From: a virus
DNA: 42,736 nucleotides
UHGV virus genome: UHGV-0389216
Strand: one strand, 5' to 3'
Within the stretch, counting starts at the first letter, position 1, and the number at the start of each line of letters is the position of its first letter. This document shows positions 16,777 to 24,491 of this stretch, piece after piece. The translations under genes and the position numbers were made by a program. The notes beneath the pieces were generated by a model. That model did not search any database, was not told the DNA's origin, and was given only the letters and a program-made list of their open reading frames with translations.

Positions 16777-17538
16777 TTACGAGGAAGCGTTAGCTATTTG
16801 AGCTTGTGTAAATTCGAAACCAGAATTTTGTAACCGTTGCACTAGACGAGGAACTGTTTCACGTACATGGTCGTTGAAATTCAGATACAAAATCCCGTTA
16901 GCATCAGAAGGCTGTTCTAGGTGCTGTTTCTGAAGGATTGCTACATTGCTGCGCCCTAAGGACGAAAGAAGCATACCCATCTCGAGTACAACGTTCTGTC
17001 TTGCGCGGGGTTGGATTTCTGCTTCACCGGCGCGCTTTGAGTATCCCATATCATCAGGTGTCAAAAGAACAATCCCGAAACGGGTAGCAGTTTGTCCTTG
17101 CCCAATTTCACGTTCAAGCTCTTCAATAATGGTGAGTCCAGTCCCTCCCGTATTCTGCAAAATGAAATGGTCTGGTAATCCAAGTTTATGAAGGATTAGC
17201 TCAAGTTGTTCCTTTGCAGTATGGTCATGGCCGTGAACAATGAATATCTTTTTGGGAAGCTCAGATGGCTGTTCTACGGCTAGTGGTGTTGCCGTGGGGG
17301 GCGTTCCTAAATGGGACATTATTGCAGTTTCAACATTGGGACGTTCTTGAGGGTTACCTTGAAACTGAATGGTCCGGGTGGTGTAAAGGTTAACAATTAC
17401 GCCATTCGTTAAACGATAGCAGTCATAAGTCTCACGCTGTTCGTGGGAAAAATTGGTGAACCCACACTCCCTCAAAAAGTCAGGAAAAGATTCTCTCGGG
17501 TATGGATAGGTGATCGGCATTTCAGTTAGTTCCTGCAT
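16777..17538 (-). CDS. TIR-like (Cap12/PycTIR-type) nucleotide-binding domain protein with unassigned N-terminal domain
   Basis: 253 aa; C-terminal domain KKIFIVHGHDH...GIVLLTPDD...RQNVVLEMGMLLSSLGRSNVAIL matches the TIR-like predicted nucleotide-binding fold signature as I recall it; N-terminal 85 aa unassigned. Confidence 0.5.
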   Translation of the reverse strand: MQELTEMPITYPYPRESFPDFLRECGFTNFSHEQRETYDCYRLTNGVIVNLYTTRTIQFQGNPQERPNVETAIMSHLGTPPTATPLAVEQPSELPKKIFIVHGHDHTAKEQLELILHKLGLPDHFILQNTGGTGLTIIEELEREIGQGQTATRFGIVLLTPDDMGYSKRAGEAEIQPRARQNVVLEMGMLLSSLGRSNVAILQKQHLEQPSDANGILYLNFNDHVRETVPRLVQRLQNSGFEFTQAQIANASS

Positions 17539-17602
17539 AAGTATTGTTCCTTTAATTTACTCGAATTCAGCATGTCGCCATAGCTCGATAAGGTGAGTTA
17601 TA

Positions 17603-19699
17603 TCAATCTTTTTTGTAGTGGTACGCCTCAAAGCCGCCAGCGTTCAGCGGAATATCGGGTGCCCATTCGGGGTTAGTGGAGAGAAGCGCGGAAAGCGCTT
17701 TATCGTTGAAATCTTCTGTGTCTGGTGCTTCGGTGATCACCTCGTCGTGTACCGTTAGCACAATGCTGTAACCGGCACCCTCGATCAGCGGCATGTTTCT
17801 GGCCAGAACGTCGCGGGCGGCCGCCTGGGTGACGTTCTCCACCAGCTTTCCGCCGTAGGTTTTGAGTCGTTGCCATTTACGCGAATAAGAGTTAACACCC
17901 ATGTAGGTGATATTCCCTTGTTCGATAACCGGAGACGGGTAGCATACAGCGCGTCCGGATGGTAGCTGTATGCGCAGCCACGCGCCATCACGTCGGATTT
18001 TAAGATAGCCGCAATACAATGTTTTTTGCGGTGTGGCGATTGCTGTGCGGACAGTGCGCTCCAGCTCGTACCAGAAATCGCAGGTCGCCGGGTGCGCCCT
18101 GCGCCACAGGCGCTTGAGCGAGTCACATGCGATGAATACACGCTCGGACAGGCCAAAGGTCGACTTACGCTTAACCGATTCGTCGTACCAGCTTTTTGCC
18201 TCGCGGATAACATCGCGGGGAATGTTTGGCAGTGCGGCGTTCGCCAGCTCGTCGAGATCGAGACCGTAAACCAGAGCAAAAGTGATGAAAGCCGATACAC
18301 CACCTCCATAACCCAGACCGAGTTCCATGACTTTACCGATCTGACGCATGTGTTTATCAACATCATCTGGTGCAATATCGAAAGCTTTTGCATACGCCAG
18401 TTTATATAAGTCCGGACCCGTTCCAGCGTCATACTCTCTGAATGCATTCAGTTTCCATTCTTCTCCCGCCAGCCATGCCAGCATACGGCCTTCAATGTTT
18501 GACAAGTCACTTACCACTAGTTTTTTGCCTGTTGGCGCGATAATGCAGCCACGTAACGCTGAACTGGTTAGTTCCATGATATTGTCAAACAGCAGGTCTG
18601 CACATCCGGCTTTCAGTGCTTCGATGCCTTCGTCTATTTGTTCCTGTTTTAGTGAAGGGCGGGGAAGGTTCTGGGGCTGGAATAGCCGTCCGGCCCAACG
18701 ACCGGTACGTGATGCCCCGCAGAACTGTAGCGTACCGCGTAAGCGCCCGTCGTGGCTTACGCCTTTCATCAGTGCCTTGTATTTACTGGTGCTGGTAGTA
18801 CTGGCTTGCAGGCGGATAGCCAGCAGTTCTTTCACGGCAGATGATAAATCGGGGTCGGCCATACGACGTTCCAGGGTACTGCGTTGCATGTCTGGTAGCT
18901 CCACACCGTAGGATTCAACGATGTGCTTAATCAACGCGTCCCGTTGTGTGGCTGCCTGCACTTCGCCATCAGTCATTTCCTGTGTACGCTTTGCCAGGCG
19001 CTTTTGCTCCTGGTCTACCGCTTCGATCGCAGCGCGCGCGAGTTGCATGTCCATGCAGACGCCCCGGTCGTTGATCTGCTGATCACGATGCCAGAGCGCC
19101 AGCTCTGTCCCCTGATAATTCCACTTCGGCAGACGTTTATAGACTTCGCGCATTGCTTCGATATCCAGTCCGGCGTAAGCAACAAAGCGCCGCCATTCTT
19201 CCGGATGGGTTTTACTGGTGGCCCGACGCAGTTTGCTGTTTTTCGGACGTGGCTTACAGAACAGCTGGATCAGCGCTTTACCTTCTTTGTCCTTCGCTTT
19301 GTCTTGCGGGACGCCTAGTACTTCGCAGAGTTCCCCCAGAGACCCCGGGAGACCGTGCGCCAGCGCCTGCACCATCGTGTCGCGCCAACGTTCGACTGGC
19401 GGTGCCAGTCGCGGCATTGCATAACGCAGAACGGTGCGGTCGAAGTGAGAGTTATGGAAATAAAGCAGGGTTTCAGGGTCTGCGATTGCTTCGTATAAGC
19501 CGTGTGGAATACCACCACCGGCAGTGATATCCCACACGTTTACTGGCCCGTCGTTGATAGCCCATGCGAAAAGCATCACTTCAACGCCTTCGGCATACGC
19601 ATGGGTACCGTTCGTAATAGGGATTTCGCAATAGGTTTCCAGGTCGCCCCAGAGAATACTTTGATGTTGTTTATTTGAGGGGACTATATTATTTTTCAT
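17603..19699 (-). CDS. family A DNA polymerase with 3'-5' exonuclease domain
   Basis: 698 aa; Exo [10 protein letters not shown]; Pol motif A DLSNIEGR, motif [17 protein letters not shown], motif C VHDEV. Confidence 0.85.
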   Translation of the reverse strand: MKNNIVPSNKQHQSILWGDLETYCEIPITNGTHAYAEGVEVMLFAWAINDGPVNVWDITAGGGIPHGLYEAIADPETLLYFHNSHFDRTVLRYAMPRLAPPVERWRDTMVQALAHGLPGSLGELCEVLGVPQDKAKDKEGKALIQLFCKPRPKNSKLRRATSKTHPEEWRRFVAYAGLDIEAMREVYKRLPKWNYQGTELALWHRDQQINDRGVCMDMQLARAAIEAVDQEQKRLAKRTQEMTDGEVQAATQRDALIKHIVESYGVELPDMQRSTLERRMADPDLSSAVKELLAIRLQASTTSTSKYKALMKGVSHDGRLRGTLQFCGASRTGRWAGRLFQPQNLPRPSLKQEQIDEGIEALKAGCADLLFDNIMELTSSALRGCIIAPTGKKLVVSDLSNIEGRMLAWLAGEEWKLNAFREYDAGTGPDLYKLAYAKAFDIAPDDVDKHMRQIGKVMELGLGYGGGVSAFITFALVYGLDLDELANAALPNIPRDVIREAKSWYDESVKRKSTFGLSERVFIACDSLKRLWRRAHPATCDFWYELERTVRTAIATPQKTLYCGYLKIRRDGAWLRIQLPSGRAVCYPSPVIEQGNITYMGVNSYSRKWQRLKTYGGKLVENVTQAAARDVLARNMPLIEGAGYSIVLTVHDEVITEAPDTEDFNDKALSALLSTNPEWAPDIPLNAGGFEAYHYKKD

Positions 19700-19733
19700 A
19701 TGGGCAAACTAGCTAATAAAGTTGAGGAAAAAA

Positions 19734-19937
19734 ATGTCTGAATCTAAGTTCAAACCTGGAGACCGCGTACAACATCTTTCTGGTGGGCCTGTTCTTGTGG
19801 TTGTTAGCACAGGATATATTCCTGCAACAGCTTTTAATGGCGACTTCATTCGCGTAACTTGTGAATTTTGGGATGAATCTAAAAAAGCTTTCGTAAAACA
19901 GGATTTTGTTGAAACTTCTCTTGAAGATTACGAATAA
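19734..19937 (+). CDS. DUF2158/YodC-like small protein
   Basis: ATG 19734 preceded by GAGG; KPGDRVQHLSGGPVLVVVS motif; only plus-strand gene inside the minus-strand operon. Confidence 0.55.
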   Translation: MSESKFKPGDRVQHLSGGPVLVVVSTGYIPATAFNGDFIRVTCEFWDESKKAFVKQDFVETSLEDYE

Positions 19938-19954
19938 CTCATAACACAATCCTC

Positions 19955-19976
19955 AAAGCGCCCCTAAGGGCGCTTT
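19955..19976. terminator. bidirectional hairpin terminator
   Basis: AAAGCGCCC-CTAA-GGGCGCTTT perfect 9-bp stem between convergent gene ends. Confidence 0.55.
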
Positions 19977-19981
19977 GGCGT

Positions 19982-20530
19982 TTAAATCAGTGCTTCAGCA
20001 TCAGCACCTTCGCTGATATCGTCGAAATCGTCAGCGCTTGCCACTCCGCCGCCAGCGAATGCATCGCCGTCTCGCAGGAACTGGACTCCGCCGAGTGAGG
20101 CATTAATGCGTTTACCGAAATTATTGTCCTGTGCCCAGATATCGATAACGGCGTTTACATAGCACCCTGCATAGGGACGTCCATCAGCCTGAATTAGTGG
20201 CGAACGATCACGATCAAGAACAGCTGGGCGCGCTTTGTTAGCAGCATTCAGGAAGAAATTACCGGGAAAGCCTTCATACTCTGCTTTTTCATCACCATCA
20301 TGCAGGCACAGATTGAGTTTTTTCTCCAGCTGGTTATAAATGGACTCCCACTTCTCCCCCCATTTTTCCTTCGCTACCTGCTTCATAGCTTTACGGATTT
20401 CTTCCAGTTGTGGGTGTTTGGGAGACATTAAAAATACTGCGGAGAAACGCGGATCGCCTTCGCCGTTTACAGTTTTAGCTTCAAACAGAGACGGGAAGGC
20501 CAGACGAACATTGTTCAGCTTCAGTTTCAT
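19982..20530 (-). CDS. phage replication-module protein (DUF2815-like, possible ssDNA-binding)
   Basis: 182 aa with acidic C-terminal tail (DDFDDISEGADAEALI) as in SSB-like proteins; sits between polymerase and nuclease. Confidence 0.5.
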   Translation of the reverse strand: MKLKLNNVRLAFPSLFEAKTVNGEGDPRFSAVFLMSPKHPQLEEIRKAMKQVAKEKWGEKWESIYNQLEKKLNLCLHDGDEKAEYEGFPGNFFLNAANKARPAVLDRDRSPLIQADGRPYAGCYVNAVIDIWAQDNNFGKRINASLGGVQFLRDGDAFAGGGVASADDFDDISEGADAEALI

Positions 20531-20545
20531 GGGGATTTCCTTAAA

Positions 20546-21847
20546 TCAGATGAGGTCTGCGGTTAGTGTATCGTCGGATACGTCGTCGAAATCATTTACA
20601 GGGTTGATATTGAGTGCGGGGCGTGGGTCTGACTCGGGAACGATGGTGGGTTTACCATCAGCTCGTGTTATCAGTGCCTCGACTTTTGACCAACGGCGCG
20701 GACTGGCCTTTTTGATAAGTTTTTCGGCTTTTGTGGGGCTAATAAGTTTAAAGTCGAATACTTCTTCAGTTTTGTACCTGAACTGGTCCTTCAGAAGTGC
20801 GCGAGCTGCCTCTTCATCACTCCAGGCCCGGTTACCTTGTTTTCCTGTTACCAGTTTAAACCCCGGTACCGGATGTCCGGCATTGAGTTCATTGTGAACC
20901 CGGTCTCGTACTGCCTTTAGCCAGGATTCAATAAAGTCGGCCTGGCTATAGATCTCCGCAAGCTGCTCAATGGTTAACAGAGGTACACGTGCGCTGGCAT
21001 TGGTGATTATTTCGCTGACAGGCTTTGTCAGATCTTCAAAATCGCTGGCCGCTGTTTGTAAATGCTGCATTTTCTGGGCAGTGCAAATAGCTTTTGCTTT
21101 ACAGAAGCGGCACTGTTTTTCTCCAGGTATGAAGTTTTCCAGCGGTAGTGTCTCAATGCCTTCGCATTCAGCAATATTGAGAACAAGGATCGCACTGGTT
21201 GCGGCCTCCTGTGCCCGTTCACCGAACGCCTGGAGCTCTTCCACCGTCAGAGCCCACTCTGAAACGTGGTTAAGCCGCGGCTGGTGGATGAACAGGCGCA
21301 CCGTCTCGAAGTCGTACAGCATGCTGAATTGTTCGAGCGCACCCAGAGCATACAGTTGTAGTTGCTCATTTTGTTCTGCATCAATGCGGACGCCTTTGCC
21401 ATATTTCAGGTCGTGGATTTGTAATTCGTTACCCGCGATGATTATGCCGTCGGCAGTTCCGAAAGATTCTTCCACACCCGTTATATGTGAGAAATCAACA
21501 CGTTGTTCAACCAATAGTTCATTATTCTTTGCAAGAGTCCAGACCGTATCAACATACCGGCCGACGGCTTCGACCATTTCATCATCCACCTGTGGGCCAG
21601 ATGTATCATCAGGATTTTCGCGAAGGGGGTATGAGCCGAGAAACATAGAAACATTGCATCCGGCGTAGTGTTCCGGGTGGCTTTGCCTGTTTCGTAGAAC
21701 TTTTTCAGCAAGCGCGTGCGCTGCAGTGCCCTCGATTGCAAAAGTTGTTTCTTTATCCGGTTGTGTGGCCTCCAGCGCCAGACTTCCTGGGCAGCGCATC
21801 CATCGATGCGCTGATGATGGCGAAAGTTGTGCGTGAACGTCTGGCAT
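20546..21847 (-). CDS. PD-(D/E)XK Cas4/RecB-like nuclease (DUF2800-like)
   Basis: 433 aa; N-terminal [14 protein letters not shown]; ...IHDLKYGKG... nuclease core; C-terminal Cys cluster [12 protein letters not shown]. Confidence 0.65.
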   Translation of the reverse strand: MPDVHAQLSPSSAHRWMRCPGSLALEATQPDKETTFAIEGTAAHALAEKVLRNRQSHPEHYAGCNVSMFLGSYPLRENPDDTSGPQVDDEMVEAVGRYVDTVWTLAKNNELLVEQRVDFSHITGVEESFGTADGIIIAGNELQIHDLKYGKGVRIDAEQNEQLQLYALGALEQFSMLYDFETVRLFIHQPRLNHVSEWALTVEELQAFGERAQEAATSAILVLNIAECEGIETLPLENFIPGEKQCRFCKAKAICTAQKMQHLQTAASDFEDLTKPVSEIITNASARVPLLTIEQLAEIYSQADFIESWLKAVRDRVHNELNAGHPVPGFKLVTGKQGNRAWSDEEAARALLKDQFRYKTEEVFDFKLISPTKAEKLIKKASPRRWSKVEALITRADGKPTIVPESDPRPALNINPVNDFDDVSDDTLTADLI

Positions 21848-21849
21848 GA

Positions 21850-22752
21850 TTAACCCTCCAGTGCTTTTTCAGCTAGGGTGATTACTTCAGCGAGATTTTC
21901 ATCCGTTACTTCACCAAGTTTCCTGGCTCCCTGTTTTTCCAGAATTGCAATAGCTTCTGCCCGGTAGCCCCCTTTTGCTAACTGGAGGATCAACCCTTCA
22001 GCTTGTTTGCGTAGTGCCGCGAAATCAATTGTATGGTCATCTTTTGCGTCATTATTCTGGCTGGAATTTGCTGCGTCTCTGCGTGCAAATTCTTCCTGCA
22101 GCTGAAGGTACTCAACACGGTTGATCTCGATATGGCCTTTTTTCAGCATCTCGTTCAACTTGCGTAAGGTGTGGAGTTCACTGGCTGCTGTGCCGGATAC
22201 ATTTTTGACGTAAAACGGCCCCGTGCGTTCTCCATCTTTGTTACTGGCCTTTTTCGGCTTAACTTCATCACGCCCATCCGCAGGTGCATCAAGTAGCTGC
22301 TCGGCAAAAGCACGTCGCTCGCCGATGGTTGGCAGGTCGTCCCAGAACTTAAGGATGTTACGGGACAGGTCCAGGAGAGCAGGTTTAAGCAGCGCCCTGG
22401 CTCGTTTGACGCCCTGCAATGCGCTGTCGAGAGCATCAATCTGAACTACTCGTTTATCGCCTTCAGCATCACGGTAGGCAACAGCACGTTGCAGCATGTC
22501 TTCTGTGATAGGGGTGGCTACCGGGTAGAAACCAGCCAGTGCGATAACGTCGCTGAACTCCAGATCATCCAGTGTCATTGCCGCTGACATATTTTCAGTT
22601 TCAGTTGCTGTATCCCGACATTCCTGCACTCGTGAAATCGTGTCAGGATGCATAACAATGCCTGATGCCATTGTGCAGATAAGACGTTCAAGCAGCGCAT
22701 TATGTTGTGCCAGAAGTTGATTATTAAGTTCTAGACTGGTTTCTAAACTCAT
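21850..22752 (-). CDS. hypothetical early-operon protein
   Basis: 300-aa ORF coupled to flanking genes; no family recognised. Confidence 0.45.
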   Translation of the reverse strand: MSLETSLELNNQLLAQHNALLERLICTMASGIVMHPDTISRVQECRDTATETENMSAAMTLDDLEFSDVIALAGFYPVATPITEDMLQRAVAYRDAEGDKRVVQIDALDSALQGVKRARALLKPALLDLSRNILKFWDDLPTIGERRAFAEQLLDAPADGRDEVKPKKASNKDGERTGPFYVKNVSGTAASELHTLRKLNEMLKKGHIEINRVEYLQLQEEFARRDAANSSQNNDAKDDHTIDFAALRKQAEGLILQLAKGGYRAEAIAILEKQGARKLGEVTDENLAEVITLAEKALEG

Positions 22753-22931
22753 ACTGTGGTCCTCGCTACAAGGAGAATGAAAGTGATGATCAGACCGAGC
22801 GCAGTGGCAACGGCCAGACCGGTCATCAAATCGAAGTTTTTACGGCGATAACGGAGAACATCGCGCCCCGTCAGTCGATGGATGTGTTCAGGTTTCATCG
22901 GTTGTATTCCTTTTTTCATATCGGGGAGCAC
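22749..22931 (-). CDS. small C-terminally membrane-anchored protein
   Basis: 60 aa; basic N-terminus, C-terminal helix LAVATALGLIITFILLV; first ORF of early-left operon. Confidence 0.35.
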   Translation of the reverse strand: MLPDMKKGIQPMKPEHIHRLTGRDVLRYRRKNFDLMTGLAVATALGLIITFILLVARTTV

Positions 22932-22956
22932 GCTGTTGCGAGTGCGCTTTCAGACA

Positions 22957-22984
22957 TAAAAAAGCCCGTCACTTGAGGCGGGCA
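22957..22984 (-). terminator. rho-independent terminator (minus strand), tL1-like position
   Basis: Minus-strand GCCCGCC...GGCGGGC hairpin followed by TTTTTT, between the zinc-ribbon gene and the early-left operon. Confidence 0.55.
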
Positions 22985-23014
22985 AAGACTACACACAGCA
23001 ATTACATGGATGAT

Positions 23015-23209
23015 TCAGTTGGTATTGTGCGTACGTGGTACCACAAGGTTGAAGCGGACACGCCAGTGCGTTGCAATGGTATGCAGGAAAGCACCACATC
23101 CAGGGCAGTGCTCATAACATTCGTTGATTTGGTATCGTTTTGGCTTTGGTGTCAGAAGCTGTGTTTGGCAAGCAGGGCATTCACCTTTGAGCGGTTTATA
23201 CGTTTTCAC
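23015..23209 (-). CDS. zinc-ribbon protein in the lambda N position
   Basis: 64 aa; CPAC...CYEHCPGC four-Cys ribbon; located between the CI-like gene and the terminator. Confidence 0.4.
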   Translation of the reverse strand: MKTYKPLKGECPACQTQLLTPKPKRYQINECYEHCPGCGAFLHTIATHWRVRFNLVVPRTHNTN

Positions 23210-23531
23210 GCCGTTTCCTCATTCAGTTCACTTTGGTGGTTCGGCGGCTTCGACTTGTATCAGTAGACAGTGCTTCGCCGCACCCCAAAGGGAACTTACT
23301 GACCCGTATTGCCGACATCCTGTCCCGCCACGGTCCCGACGCATGGTTTAGAGTCGCGCCGTTCGACTTGTGGCTAAAGATACAATTTGAGTTGTATTAT
23401 GTAAACCACAAATGTGGTATTTTGTGGGGTGTTAATACTACTTTATTGATATTTAAGTGAATTTAATTTGTAAGACTTTACAAATGGGGTAAGGGAGGCT
23501 GTTACACCTCCCGATATTTACGGTGGGAATA

Positions 23532-24155
23532 CTAACGTTTACGGCGGTAAATACGGTGTTCGATCATTACACCTATGATCTGTAAGTTCATATCTGCACT
23601 ACGAAAAATAGGGTAATCAGGATTTAGGGGGATTAATTCAAAGTCGTCGATGCCGATTCCTAATGGACGGTATTTTTTAAATGTAGCTTCGTGACCGTCG
23701 TTTTTGGCGACAACAAACTCCCCTGGTGCAGGACATAGATCAGGATCGATGATAACAATGTCTCCTTCTTTAAACTCTGGTTGCATGCTGTCGCCATCGA
23801 TACGTAATGCGAAGCATGTTTCTGGAATGTCAGAGTCTGCCAAAATATATTCAAATTCCCCTGTCAGATCTGTTATGTCTCTTGCTTCTGTAAGCTCTCC
23901 TGCCTGAACGTAACTTAATATAGGTATGCGTCTGGTACTTATCTCCGCGAGAGGCATAATATTTTTACCGTTCAGTAGCCAGTCTGGGCTACATTTCAAG
24001 GCCTTAGCCAGATCCAGAAGATTGCGTGGCTTTCTGGTTCGTCCACTTTCGATGGATTCTATGGATTGTTGGCTAACCCCTGCAGAATTCGCTACTTCCA
24101 CTTGAGTCATTCCTAATTCCAAACGACGTGCTTTAAAACGGGCTGCGAGAGACAT
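23532..24155 (-). CDS. CI-like repressor (HTH plus S24 LexA-like peptidase domain)
   Basis: ATG 24155 with AGGA upstream; HTH MTQVEVANSAGVSQQSIESIESG; peptidase motif RIDGDSMQPEF; divergent from Cro-like gene. Confidence 0.85.
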   Translation of the reverse strand: MSLAARFKARRLELGMTQVEVANSAGVSQQSIESIESGRTRKPRNLLDLAKALKCSPDWLLNGKNIMPLAEISTRRIPILSYVQAGELTEARDITDLTGEFEYILADSDIPETCFALRIDGDSMQPEFKEGDIVIIDPDLCPAPGEFVVAKNDGHEATFKKYRPLGIGIDDFELIPLNPDYPIFRSADMNLQIIGVMIEHRIYRRKR

Positions 24156-24178
24156 GGGATTAGTCCTTCTGGGTTGTA

Positions 24179-24256
24179 TTAATGTGTATCCCCACATTAA
24201 AAACAATTTTTGTTGTATTTGACAAACCTCGTTTGTTGTTGCTAAATACCACTAAA
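24179..24256. promoter_or_regulatory. operator palindrome plus PR-like promoter of the immunity switch
   Basis: Perfect inverted repeat TTAATGTG-N6-CACATTAA (24179-24200); TTGACA (24219-24224), 18-bp spacer, TAAATA (24243-24248), then Cro start. Confidence 0.5.
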
Positions 24257-24275
24257 ATTGTATGAGGTGAAAGCA

Positions 24276-24488
24276 ATGACCTTAGCGACCCGAGTAAAAG
24301 AACGACGTAAAGAACTCAAAATGACGCAAGTTACGTTGGCTGAGCTCACAGGAGTGAGCCAGCAGGCAATAAACAGAATTGAAAGTGGTGTTATTGCTCG
24401 GCCACGTTATCTTCTTGAAATGTCTATAGCATTGGATTGCGACCCTAATTGGCTGTTGTATGGCTCACAAAACGATAAAAAGGCTTAA
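24276..24488 (+). CDS. Cro-like HTH regulator
   Basis: ATG 24276 preceded by GAGGTG; HTH MTQVTLAELTGVSQQAINRIESG; 71 aa. Confidence 0.7.
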   Translation: MTLATRVKERRKELKMTQVTLAELTGVSQQAINRIESGVIARPRYLLEMSIALDCDPNWLLYGSQNDKKA

Positions 24489-24491
24489 CCC

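Noticed and set aside
17785-18911. Long antisense or alternative-frame ORFs inside the DNA polymerase gene (17785-18447 minus, 18026-18409 plus, 18348-18911 plus)
   Set aside because: They lie entirely within a well-supported polymerase CDS with conserved motifs; their translations are low-complexity, Ser/Arg-rich shadow ORFs typical of GC-rich coding DNA.
20340-21668. Plus-strand ORFs 20340-20897 and 20970-21668 antisense to the nuclease and DUF2815-like genes
   Set aside because: Shadow ORFs opposite convincing minus-strand CDSs; Ser/Arg/Cys-rich composition and no RBS.
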